From positions 12,028,001-12,092,000 of the forward strand of contig OX597818.1 of assembly GCA_951406725.2 (NCBI GenBank): a stretch of 64,000 nucleotides of DNA, read 5' to 3'. Of the stretch, positions 1-12,438 are shown piece after piece (position 1 is the stretch's first letter; every line of letters begins with the position of its first letter). The DNA comes from Octopus vulgaris. Lineage: Eukaryota. Position numbers and translations under genes: made by a program. The notes under the pieces were generated by a model. The model made no database searches and was not told where the DNA came from. It worked only from the letters and a program-made list of their open reading frames with translations.

Positions 1-218
1 CATACTAAAAACTACGACTTAGACCCTAACAACCATTCCCAGATCTGGAACGGTGTTGCCGCTACACATCCAAATGAAAATACTTGACTGATTATAACGA
101 AGTCACTTGCTAAAATATTCCGGGCTTTGGTCTACATATGTGCTATTTCCTAACGCTGCACTTTTTACCGCTACTGTTGTTGATTGTTTCATACCACGAT
201 ATCATACTACGGACATAA

Positions 219-450
219 AGGCGGCGAGCTGGCAGAAACGTTAACGCGCCGGGCGAAATGCTTTGCGGTATTTCGTCTGCCGCTATGTTCTGAGTTCAAA
301 TTCCGCCGAGGTCGACTTTGCCTTTCATCCTTTCGGAGTCGATTAAATAAGTACCAGTTACGCACTGGGGTCGATATAATCGACTTATCCGTTTGTCTGT
401 CCTTGTTTGTCCTCTCTGTGTTTAGCCCCTTGTGGGTAGTAAAGAAATAG
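219..450 (+). mobile_element. SINE family A (tRNA-like head, Nin/Deu-type core)
   Basis: aggcggcgagctggcagaa...gagttcaaattcc (B box)...gcctttcatcctttcggagtcgattaaataagtaccag; diverged 18-bp TSD gatatcatactacggaca / gatatcataatatggaca. Confidence 0.9.
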
Positions 451-2104
451 ATATCATAATATGGACACTCAGGTGCTTTCGATTCCATTCGTAAAGCTTC
501 ATCTCATAACTCATAGTATATCCACCTATCCTTCATAATCTGCTCTAATCACTTGCCAAATCCTTTTCTCCAGGACGTCATTACTTTGGACTTCCTTCTC
601 TGTTTATGTTTCTTTTTTTTTCTACAGATATCTGCTTACAACTATTCTCTTGATACAATAGCCATGTCTTGAAGCGTTTGCGAACATCATGAACGCAGCT
701 CCTTCTAGACTCAGCTGATAAAAGAAGGAGAAACGTTTAATTTGATTAATCACATCCTAATGTGAACGATAAAATGATATTCATTCACCACTTGGTCAGG
801 AAACTAATTTTTAAAAATTCTTTAAAATACTATAAAATTACATCGGAATCTGAATTATAATTGCATTTAATTTATTGAAATGTTAAAAATAACTTGAAAT
901 CTTCCTTGTTTTTCCCCTTTTTTTCTGAACGGTGAAACTCATAGCACATAAAAATATAAATATAGAAAATAAAAATACTCGTTATTATTTATAGCTTTAT
1001 CTATTTCGAGTTGCACCATTCTAAAAAAGGGTTATTTCACTTTCTGTCAAAGTTTCTAAATTCTTATGACGTCAACGACTTGAAATATATTTGAGATTTT
1101 TGGCAATGGTTCTTGGAACATAAAAATAGAAGCTATCAAAATAACTTTATTCATATTAACTCGAATGTTTAATTTTATGCTGCATTTCTGCAACATTTTA
1201 AATTAAAATTAGGAAACAAAAATATATACAATTAGCCGAAACTGACTTCAAATGAATATAAATGTAATACTAAGCTGTTTCTCTGTTTTGAAGAAAGATT
1301 CATTTAACTAAATTTTGCTATTACCTAGTATGCAATTATGCAGAATCAATTGTGTTTTCAAACAGGGAAGCCTCTGTGTGGTCGTTCGAGTTGCTATAAA
1401 TACCATCCAGATCTCACTGAATTACACACTCTACCATATTAAAGGAGGGACATAGTGGATGATATAGTATTAGATACACTATCTGCTTGATAAGGGTTGG
1501 CACCACCGCCACCACCGCCACCGCCACCACCACCACCACCACCACCACCACCACCACCACCTCCCCCCAACAGCAACAGCTCTACAGCAAAAACACAGAT
1601 AAAATCATCCATAAACTTGCTTGCCAGCATGATGAACATTTTCCATTAAGAATATACATTACCGAATTTCAAAGCTATGTTAGTATATCTGATTCCGGTT
1701 ACATGGTTGATTATCTTGAATAACTTATTCTGAGAAAACTAACAATTTCCCACTTCATCTATTCACTTCTGAAGAAACTTTTTGCACGCACAAACAACGG
1801 TTCACGCTTACTCGAGAGATTTTTCGCAATCATCATCTACTAACTCCGCCACCTCCACCTACCCCCGTAACGACTTCAACACTTTCCTCGATTTCTTTAA
1901 CAGTGAGATCATGATGTAATGCGTTGGATACGATCAGAACTGAAGATTAATTAACAAGAACTACGGTTGAGGTTGTTGTTTGGTTACGGGTATACCCTGA
2001 TTGAAAGCACCGTCGATAAAAAAGACAAAAAGTAGTAAAGGTTTCAGCCTGATCAGTATCGCATTCTGTACGCCGAAAATAAATTATCCAGTACGTCCTT
2101 TTGA

Positions 2105-2318
2105 GGTTTCAATTTTTGGCAGAAAGCCTGCAATTTTGTGGGATAGTAAGTCGATTACATTTAACCTTGTATTCAACTGGTACTTATCTCATCGAGACCC
2201 CAAAGGATGAAAGGCAAAGTCGACTTTGGTGAAATTTGAACTCAGACCCTAAAGGCGAACGAAATGCCGCTAAGCATTTTACCCAGCGTGCTGACGATTC
2301 TGCCAGCTCGTTCGCCTT
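2105..2318 (-). mobile_element. SINE family A
   Basis: Reverse complement of the 219-450 consensus. Confidence 0.85.
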
Positions 2319-3332
2319 ACCCCACAGATGAAATATTAGTGGTATATTTTGGATTCCATCCCTTTATTCAAGTGTAGAAACAACAAAGTCGGTATCCATA
2401 TAATTCTTCTACTTAGCAATGTTGTTGGACAAAATTAAAATGCTCAAGACCATGTTTATTTTATTAAATATGTTCTCCTTCTCAGTCCTCACAGTATCAT
2501 TAGGAAAATCGCTGTGTTGGGATGTGATTGTGGGGGGATTTCGCTTTTGTATATAACAAGTCATAAATCAAGCAACATTGAAAAAGAAATAATTTAACAA
2601 ACATTATATGTAGTATAGAGTACACTTCAAGACACCATAGGTAAATGAGAAGGAGAATCAAAATTGTTCAAATAAACGGATTTAGAACTGGTTGAGTCTT
2701 AGGAGGATCATCACGCCAGTAATCATGATATACGCACTGGTTCAATATCACTTCTTTATTGTTAGTCAATCAGTTAAAATATCTAACCAACTAATCAATC
2801 ATTTGTTTCATGTGTTGTCTAAGCTAGCAATCAGTTTGTTTGTCAAAGTTCTTTTGTCGCTATTCGCGACCTCATCAAGGTCATGCCCTCTCTTTTTAAG
2901 GCCTGCTTTGACTCTCAAGGCAGACCTTGACCTTCCTAAGACAGTAAGATTTGTTTTAGTAGACGAATCGACACAAAGAATCTTACAAACCAAATAAAAA
3001 AACGATGTTATGTTGCAAAATTCTAACAAAAAGTTATATTTTATGTAATAATGACATTAAATGTGCCATATAGAAAGTATATAGGGCCACATGAGACCTG
3101 GGTGCCGAAGGTTATCAATGTTTGCTCTACATGGATGCTCAACTTATTAGAAATAGCAGTCAAACGTCTCTCATATTCAATTTCACCGACTTAAATATAG
3201 GATAAATTCCGTAATGTGGTACTAGGTGCACTATATACTCCATGCACTATACTTGAAAACAAGATAAACAAGAAATAAATGATTTGAGGTGGAATTAAGA
3301 AGTATAAAAATCCTAATTATGAGTCAATATAG

Positions 3333-3371
3333 AAAGTCATACTGGTTTCGTCATCGCTGTTCACTGACTTT
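3333..3371 (-). ncRNA. Second (inverted) copy of the G3:C8 hammerhead-like motif
   Basis: Minus strand reads aaagtca-GTGAACA-g(cgatga)c-GAAA-ccag-TA-tgacttt; one mismatch in the stem III palindrome. Confidence 0.6.
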
Positions 3372-3405
3372 GAATCAACAGTGATTTGGAAATCGGTGTT
3401 GTTTC

Positions 3406-3444
3406 AAAGTCAGTGAACAGCGATAACGAAACCGGTATGACTTT
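3406..3444 (+). ncRNA. Minimal type I hammerhead ribozyme-like motif, G3:C8 core variant
   Basis: aaagtca-GTGAACA-g(cgataa)c-GAAA-ccgg-TA-tgacttt: 7-bp stem I, 1-bp stem II, palindromic stem III (ACCGGT), GUA cleavage triplet. Confidence 0.7.
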
Positions 3445-3589
3445 CTATATTGACTCATAATTAGGATTTTTATACTTCTTAATTCCACCTCAAATCATTT
3501 ATTTCTATGTATATATCTTTGATTTTATATAAAAAAGCTATTACTTTTATACCTAGATTGCATTTTATTTATACCACATGTAGTCTTTT

Positions 3590-3634
<45 letters not shown>

Positions 3635-3677
3635 GTAGCCAGCATGTAATAAAACCATATATGTAACAATTAATACC

Positions 3678-3800
3678 AAATATATAATTATAAGAGCACT
3701 AATGAGTAGCGTCACATGCTAGAATGTAGTTCTTAGAGCCATTTGGCGTTTATTTCTAGCATGTGGCACTACTCATTAGTACCTTATTATAATTATATTT
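3678..3800. repeat. Imperfect inverted repeat (about 47-bp arms, 29-bp loop)
   Basis: actaatgagtagcgtcacatgctagaa pairs with ttctagcatgtggcactactcattagt. Confidence 0.75.
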
Positions 3801-3817
3801 GTATAATTATATATTTT

Positions 3818-3880
<63 letters not shown>

Positions 3881-4009
3881 TATATACACAATCTAATATC
3901 GAACGGCGAGAACGAGTGCTCAACACTACACTGTTGGATAAATATTCTTTGTGGGTGTGCTCGATCTTTCTCGCCTTGAAACACAGCTTGAAACACAGTC
4001 GAAGAAAAT

Positions 4010-4128
4010 GTATTTTAGATTTGACACTTATTCTATTGGGGTCTGTCGCCGAACGTTTAACTTATACCAACGTAAACACTCCAACACCGGTTCTCAAGCG
4101 GTGATAAGGTTCAAATACAAACACAAAA

Positions 4129-4166
<38 letters not shown>

Positions 4167-4362
4167 ACACACAAGCACACACACATTATGTACATAATCA
4201 AGACGGACTTACACGCAGTTTCCGTCTATCAAATTTATTCACAAGGTATTGGTCGACTCGGGGCTATAGACGAAGAACTTGCCCAAGATACTGAGCAGTG
4301 ACACTGAGCCTGAACTCACGTGATTGTAAAGCATTCTTCTTAACTATGGTCATACTTGCGCT
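4010..4362 (-). mobile_element. SINE family B, diverged
   Basis: Match to 33430-33828. Confidence 0.7.
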
Positions 4363-4378
4363 TACTCATATGTCTATA

Positions 4379-4590
4379 CAAGGTGTCCATAAATTACCTT
4401 TACAATTTGAAAAATTCATTAAAAAAACTCAGCAGGTTGCGTGCAACTAATGGAGCCCATGTAAGAGTGTTCTGATGTTTCCAATAAAACTTAGTTTTCC
4501 TATGTTTTTCAATAAACTCTGTTGAGTTATCCTTATCTGTTTATACTGAATTTTGTTTTCAAGCAGTAAAGGTATTTTATGGACGCCCTG
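4379..4590. mobile_element. Tc1/mariner-type MITE
   Basis: TA|caaggtgtccataaattaccttta ... taaaggtattttatggacgccctg|TA. Confidence 0.75.
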
Positions 4591-4704
4591 TATGTATGTA
4601 TGTATGTATGTATGTATGTATGTATGTATTCGTGTGTGTGTCTGTATGTATATATATACGTATATATATATGTGTATGTGTGTGTATGCACATATACATA
4701 CATG

Positions 4705-4778
<74 letters not shown>

Positions 4779-4795
4779 CACACACACACACAAAC

Positions 4796-4853
<58 letters not shown>

Positions 4854-5264
4854 CAGGCACGTGCCGTCAGTAATTACTCAGGGTAGACAGTTATGTAGTA
4901 AAGCGCACCATTATGTAGTAAAGCACAAAAAATAAGCGAAACACTGGCACGCAACTGAGTTGAAGGCAAATCTATTTCTGCCTTTATACCACGTAAAGAA
5001 AACGGTGTCGTAGAAATATACGCAGCACGTGTACTACAGCAGTACTATGGGTAGCTTGAATACTGAGATTGAAAAGCAGGGGCGAATTATGCCTATCTAA
5101 TCTACAAAAAGAAGAAAAAATTGCATATTGTGCACAGTAATCAGAATAACCTTCTTAATTTTATGGAATTAAACGCATATTTTGCCATGAGATGAAAATG
5201 TTGGTATCGATCTATCTTATTCAAGGCAAGCACTGCCTACCTTGCCTACCAAGGCGGCAGGTCC

Positions 5265-5307
<43 letters not shown>

Positions 5308-6224
5308 GCCTGTATATATATCGCTTAGGTATTGCAAGATAGCATAGAACTCTGTATAACGTATGCTTCCAGAACGTAGTGTTAGACATGTATAGAGCAG
5401 TAATAGGAAAATGTGGTGCGCGCGCGCGTGTGTGTACGCTCATATTTGCAGTGCTTAGCAAGCATTGTAACGTTGTGTTTCGTAGCATTGCTGCCTGACA
5501 ATTAGAGAACGATAAAAGAAGTACTAGTCTTAAAAAAATAAGTAGTAAGGTCATTATGATCGACTAAATACTAGAAGGAGGTGCTTCAGAATGGCCGCAA
5601 CCCACTGACTGAAACCAGTAAAAGAATAAAAGAAAGCTACTGCAAGTTATTTCATATCAGTTTCTCTATTTTTTCCACAGAACTACCTTATACATACCTT
5701 GTTTATATACTGTCAGAGAGATTTTCTCCAAATGACTGGTAGACTGTAAAAGATTTTTCTCTGCAGTTTATATTACCGTTCAGCTAAGAAAATTTCGCAG
5801 CCAAAGAATCAAGCAGTTTAAAAAATGATTTGGAATAATTTCATGAAATTCGTCGCAGACCATCAACATCCAAACTTAGCCCGGAGCTACACAGAGTTGA
5901 AGGATGAAATTTTTGAAAAAGAAATATTTCCATCTTTTCTGCATCATTAACTGTTGGCTACTTGCCAATGTATCAAATGATAAGCGGAAATATATCTTTT
6001 GTATACTGACTTTTTTCATTATAAGAAACAGATTTTTCTCCAAATTCATCTTGTTTTATCATCAGTATTTTGAAGATAGCAAAGAGAGATGAACTGGCAG
6101 AAATAGTAAAATCAGAGTCGGATAAAAAATAAGAACCTTTGCCCTGTTTAGTTATAGCCTATGCGTTGTGAGTTCAAAACCTACTGAAGTCAACTTCGTT
6201 TTTCAGCTCTACGAGTTCAATAAA

Positions 6225-7372
6225 ATGATTTTATTCAACATATTCCACTCTCAGATTCAAACATTTATTACGGCGGCCCTTTAGTTTTCCTAAGTCCTGT
6301 AAAAAGAACTAGGAAGGCAGGGTCTCCAACCAGCAATCACTTCTTCAGAATCAGAGTGAAATTTCGTTCCCTTGCGATGTTTTTTCATTTGTGGAAAGTG
6401 GTGGTAGTCGGAGGGTGTCAAGTCAAGAGAGTAAGTTGGGTGATCTAGCAATTCGAAGCTTTAGTACTAGTGCATTGTCCTGCAAAAACAGAACACTACG
6501 GCGTTTCTACTTCGAAGCTTCACGTAGTTCGTCCAACAGAGACATCTGGCATTCTTCGTTGATGGTGCGACCTTTTGGCAGGTATTTATGAGGAGTATTC
6601 CGTCTTTATATTGGAGCACAGAAGCTAGAATCCTTCCAGCTGACTTCTGGGTCCGAAACTTCTTGGGATGCTGTGAACCGCTGTGGCGCCATTTCATTGA
6701 TTGCTGCTTGGTCTGGGGATCATAATGATGAGGCCAAGTTTCATTCATGCTAATTAAGCGAACCATAAAACCAGTCTCTCCCGTTGCAAACCAGTCCAAA
6801 ATCGCCTTTGATGTCGCCACTCTGATCTGGTTTCAGGCATTTTGGCAACCATTTTGCAGAAAGCCTTCTCACGTCCAGAATGTTGTGGATGATGTAGCCA
6901 ACTCTTTCGCAGGATCCCACCAGAGTCTCAGCAATGACTTCAGCTGAAATCCGGTGGTCCTCGAGAATCATGATATGCACAGCGTTGGCTTTGTTCACTG
7001 GTTGCGGAAGCTGGTCGTCCTGACCGAGTTCAACTGTGACCTCGAAATGACCAGTCCGAAACCTTGACACTAGATTTTCACTGTGGAACAAGACGGGCAG
7101 CAGCCCTGCAAGACTTCCCTCATCTCGCCATGGATTTCCACTTCCTCTTTGCTTTGCAAAAAGAGGAACTTCATGACCTCTCGTGCTTCAATCTTACCAA
7201 AATCTACTATAGGAGCTGCCATTATGCGTTAAATCTGCAAAAAAGAGCAAGATATATTGTATACCATCATGATTCTTTGCACATTTCCTAAATAATTGTC
7301 CTACTTCCTCTGTAAATGTAAGAGTTCTAACCTTTCGCGATACATTTAAAGCCAGGAACTTTACAGCACCAC

Positions 7373-7375
<3 letters not shown>
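6225..7375 (-). mobile_element. Mariner transposon, degenerate
   Basis: NETWPHHYDPQTKQQSMKWRHSGS.HPKKFRTQKSAG and RRLSAKWLPKCL motifs; TIR-like gtgctgtaaagttcctggctttaa at the right end; left end truncated. Confidence 0.9.
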
Positions 7376-7467
<92 letters not shown>

Positions 7468-7489
7468 GTTTATATATAACCACTAACTT

Positions 7490-7560
7490 ACGGAGACCTA
7501 AAAACACCATACCTGTTGTCGAGTGGTAGTGGGAGACAAAAACAAATCACAGATACAAAG

Positions 7561-7604
<44 letters not shown>

Positions 7605-7766
7605 GTACACTAGGCTTCCTTCAATTTCCGTCTACTAAATCCACTCATAAGGCTTTGGTCGGCCCGTGGCTGTAGTAAAAGATACTCAACCAAGGTGCTA
7701 CGTAGCGAGACTGAACCAGGAACTATGTGGTTTGGAAGCAAACTTCTTGCCACACAGCCACACCTG
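7490..7766 (-). mobile_element. SINE family B
   Basis: Match to 33430-33828. Confidence 0.8.
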
Positions 7767-8242
7767 ATGTATATATATATGTGCATACATACATACGTAC
7801 ATGTATATGCACACCCATCCCACACACATGCATTATATGTAAGTATACACATGCACACACACACTCACACACACATACAATATGTGTGTTTATATATATA
7901 TATATACACATACATAAGATAAAGAAAAAGAGAGAGCGGAAGAAAGACCGAGAGCGAAAGATAGGGAGTGAGAGGGAGAATAAAATTCCATGCTAGCTTC
8001 CAAGAGAAATCCTCAAGGGGAATGTGGGTCACATAAATATAAGAAGAGTGTATACATAACAGCATGTGTTCTCGGTTTCTATGTTCTGTTGTTCAACAAT
8101 AAAATATAATGAATAAAATCCCCAGAAAAATGTAAAACAAAGATGTTATATTTGGAAAGAGACGAAGGGAGGGAATGTTAACTAAAAGAAGTAAAAGATA
8201 AATGTATAGATTTAAATACAGAGAAAAATATAACGACGATAT

Positions 8243-8327
<85 letters not shown>

Positions 8328-8342
8328 CAGAGAGAGAGAAAG

Positions 8343-8605
8343 ATAGTGCGTTCTTCTTATATTCATTGTGGAACTAGTGTAAGTGTTGCTGATATCTGTC
8401 TTTGAACGTTCTGCTTGTTGCACCGATATAATTTATATAATCTCTCTTTAGACTCATGCAGAAATGTTGCATTTGTTGATAAATTCTTTTCGGGAAGTTT
8501 CCACTTGACTGGCATAGCTTTGATCTGTTGCCGTCACATGTATTTTCGGTTGTGGGTTGTGGGGTTTCTAGATATTTGATTATTCGTAGTTTCGCTGCTT
8601 CTGCC
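8343..8605 (-). mobile_element. Penelope-like GIY-YIG endonuclease fragment
   Basis: ...RIY...NYIGATSRTFKDRYQQH motif in ORF 8374-8697. Confidence 0.6.
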
Positions 8606-8799
8606 CTCGGCGCCACCACCAGTACCAGCATCAGCACCAGAAGCAGCAGCAGCACCATCACCACCACCACCACCACCACCACCACCACCACCACCACTAC
8701 TACTTGTCTTATCAGCTTCTAAAAGTTAAACAGTAAAGTCAATATTAATGAGACGTTATGTAAAAGAAAAACAACGCAAGCAGCAGATTAGGGCTAACA

Positions 8800-9290
8800 G
8801 TCAACATATTGGTAGTGATGGGGATGATGACGAAGGGATTAATGATAATGATGGAGAAGATAATGACATTGATGATGGTGTTGGGAGTGTTGGTGGTGAT
8901 GATAATGACGATAATTATTATAACGATGATAACGATGATAACGATAATGATGATGTTGATGGTGATGATAATAACTATTCCATTTGTTGGTAAATGGTAA
9001 AAAATGTGAAGATGTTGAAAATAAAGTGATTTCATGAAAAACAAAATGTAGGAGATAGGAAGATGATGAAGGTTGAGACCTCTAAATATAGATGTAAATG
9101 ACGTAATGATGATGGCGATGATGATGATAATGATGATGATGATGATGATGATGAGGAGGAGGAGGAGGAGGAGGAGTAGGATGAGGATGGCGACGACGAC
9201 GACAATGATGATGACGATGATGAAGATGTTGAGGATGATGAGGATGGTTGTGGTGGTGGTGACGATGACGACGTTGGTGATGAAAGGAAG
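8800..9290. repeat. Degenerate (GAT)n/(GAG)n low-complexity tract
   Basis: Direct inspection; source of spurious poly-I/M/D/S ORFs. Confidence 0.85.
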
Positions 9291-10490
9291 AGAGACAGTG
9301 TAAGAGAAAAAAGAATACAAGAAAGGAAAAATGTAAAGATCTTTTGGTTGACGCGAATGAATGGAAAGAGAAATTTTAAAAGAGAGAGAGAAAAAGAGAG
9401 AGAGAGTGAGAGAGAGAGAGAGTGAGAGAGAGAGAGAGAGGAGGAGAGAGATAGAAGGAGAGAGAGGGAGGGAGAAAAGAGACAGAGAGAATATATATAA
9501 ATGTACGGAAACAGGCACTGGCATACACATATACATAGTCGACATATAAATATAAATACACACGAATACATACACAAACACACACTCCCATGGACATATA
9601 TGCGCGCGCACATACACACTCATGCATACACACATACACACATATACACACACATATATATAGGTGCTGATATATATCCAGTTAAAGTGGGAGAGAAGAG
9701 GGAAGGGAGGAGTGAAGTGGAGACGATGGTGGAGATGGCGGAAAGGAAACTGGTAAGAAGTGTTTATACAATTTTTCTCAACACATCAAAAGAATTATTG
9801 TTTTATAAAAGATAACGAATCTCTAACTCCTAGGTATGAAACAATTCTCAATGGTATTTTCTAGACAACACTTCTGCTTACAGGAATTCTTTAGAGCGTA
9901 TAAAAATTTGTTACCCTTTCGGAATTTTTGTTGGCACTTGCCAGGTTATCCAAGGAAACTATAGTGAGTATAATTATAATTTGTTACAGATAGCTTGGCA
10001 CTTAACAATGCTGGTTCCCCAGTTTCATATTATTGAAGTTAAAGAGCGTTAAGTCTGGTTAATAATAAAGATTTTTTTTTTGTCATATCAGGAAGTTGTC
10101 CGTGTCGGAATAATGCATGCATTGTAGCATTTCTTATCAGTCGTTTGAGTGTTAGTCAATCCATTTATATCCTTTTTTTTCTCACCATAAACGACTCAGA
10201 GACGTCATCCGAATGCAAAAGAATAAAAGACTAAGCAAGCAAGGAAACAAAAACAAAGCAAACAGCGATTCTCAGAAATGCTTTTCAGAAATATTTATGT
10301 GATGAGGAAACAATATTAGAATGTGACTAATATAATTTTGATTGTGGCTTTGGCAAGCAAGGGAGATGATTGCAGACATGTGCTAGTCTCATTATAATCA
10401 ACGAAGCACTGCTTTCTTTGCATTTGTCAAAGTAGCGATGGAAGAATCACAAAGTAAAAGTACAATATTGCACATTGTTTAATGTCGGAA

Positions 10491-10629
10491 CAATGGCATA
10501 TCAAGGATTTGTGCTACTCGGGGCCGTTTTCGAGTTTGCTTCTCCCTACGAAGAATACGTAAAGTACCGTTGCCAAAATATGTTGCCCAGAGTGGACTGC
10601 TTCTCTGGCTCCTTGTCGCTGCACCACTG
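10491..10629. mobile_element. Old hAT-like MITE
   Basis: Termini caatggcata... and ...gctgcaccactg resemble CAGTGGCGTAGC-type TIRs. Confidence 0.35.
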
Positions 10630-10883
10630 ATACGAAAATAGAATTGCTTGTAGAAAAAATGATTCAGGGGTGCCATCTATAAATAGTAAAGTTAGTGCCG
10701 ACATATTTGATATAGGGATATAATTAAAATGTTAATTACAAATAATTAGGTAGTCAGGAAAAAGCAACAACGAAAAGCAAAAAGCAAAAACAAAAACAAA
10801 AAATTATAAATATTATTTTAAATGTTTCAGCAAGAACAAGTGACATAGTCAGACACATTTCGAGTTTAATATAAAAGAGAATG

Positions 10884-11100
10884 AAGGCGGCGAGTTGGCA
10901 GAATCGTTAGCTTGCCGGGTAAAATACTTAGCGGCATTTCGCCCGTCCTTACGTTTTGAGTTGAAATTCTGCCGAGGTCGTCTTTGCCTTTTATGCTCCC
11001 GGCGTCGATAAAATAAGTACCAGTTGAGTACTGACAACAACGTAATCGATTTATCTCCTCTCACAAAATTGCTGGCCTTGTGCCAAAATTTGAAACCAAT
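10884..11100 (+). mobile_element. SINE family A
   Basis: Full-length match with ggccttgtgccaaaatttgaaacc tail. Confidence 0.85.
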
Positions 11101-12199
11101 ATAAATGACAATCAGCGTAGTAAAGCCTTCACCGTGGTTACAAAAGTAATGACGAAGGATCCTTTATGTCTTTGTTTAAAATCTCAGTATAGTCATTTCT
11201 GAAGAATTACAAACAAGGGAACATACTACCAAATTCAATAATCTATCGCTCTATTGCAGAACTATTGAGCGATGTGACAGCAATTCATATCATACAAAAA
11301 GCACTTTGCTATGATCAGTTTCAAAGCTATTTGACGAAATATCAGCGGTTCGTATAACAACCTCGTTCACCAAGCTGCATGCAGGTACCACATAGTAGTA
11401 GAGTTTATGTTAAAAGCTTGTAGAATTCAATTCAACTTGTTTTGAGTGTATAATTGTTGTTGCTTACAGTGCCAAATTTAGAAATAAAAGCATTCCTGTA
11501 TACTTCATCGGCAAAATATAGCACAAAGGAATGACTATGAAACAATTTGTGCTTAACTCAATGACTCAGCGGCATTTAAAGTTACCAAAAACTTAATGCG
11601 CTGATTTTAATAGTTATATATATATTTCCCTTCTCAATACGTACACATCCAAACACACATACTCACACACACGCATATATTCAAACCCACAATTACATAC
11701 TTTACGCATTTTGTTTTTTTCTTCCTGCCCACACTTGCACAACTGCACACACATATACACACATACGTGTGTATGTGTGAAGGGAAGAATACAATGATGT
11801 CAAATGTCTATAAATAGACGTATATGATTGTATAGGTTAGTGTGGAGGTAGGATTCAGAGAGGAAATTTGTAATGATATACGTAGGCGCGCACACAAGTA
11901 CATATACATGTGCGCATATGCATACATACATATACATACGTTCACACTCACGTACATACGCGCTGGCGCACATGTGCTTACACAGTCAAACGCACGCGTG
12001 CATACAGGTACATACGTATACATATATACACATGCACTCACTCACTCATATATATTTGTATATACATATGCACGTACATACACACATACACACACACACA
12101 CACACGTATATATGTATATATAGAGAGCAATAAGAAAATGGAGGGGATCAATAGGTGGTTCATCAACTTTTAGGCATTATATTATGTCAACTTATTTAT

Positions 12200-12376
12200 T
12201 TATTTACTAAAATGACAATTACAAGAATATACATACATGTATAGCATATTATGCTTGACATATAAAATATATAAAGATACCAGTAATTATTAAAATATAT
12301 AACATACAGGAATAGAAATTGGGAAAATATCTTACAGCTGTTTCTTGGAATATGTATATATATACATATACATATG

Positions 12377-12438
<62 letters not shown>

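Larger units (their letters stand above)
3271..3506. repeat. 236-bp near-perfect inverted repeat (fold-back), probably an inverted Penelope-type pseudo-LTR pair
   Basis: Arm starting agaaataaatgatttgagg (3271) is the reverse complement of the arm ending cctcaaatcatttatttct (3506), with few mismatches and almost no spacer. Confidence 0.9.

Noticed and set aside
184-488. Recurrent ORFs with WYLF..RKDERQSRPRRNLNS
   Set aside because: Chance frames of SINE family A.
629-720. Plus-strand exon after a strong acceptor (similar sites at 5681 and 29617)
   Set aside because: Short frames with no recognisable homology; no gene model could be built.
3699-3779. CTAATGA...GAAA hammerhead resemblance in the second hairpin
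   Set aside because: G5 is absent, there is no stem I or III, and the sequence resembles the head of repeat family C.
4447-4935. Numerous ORFs rich in CV/HT/YI repeats (also 8745-9653, 21068-21665, 40183-40881 and others)
   Set aside because: Translations of (CA)n, (TA)n, (GAT)n and (TTC)n microsatellites with no domain content.
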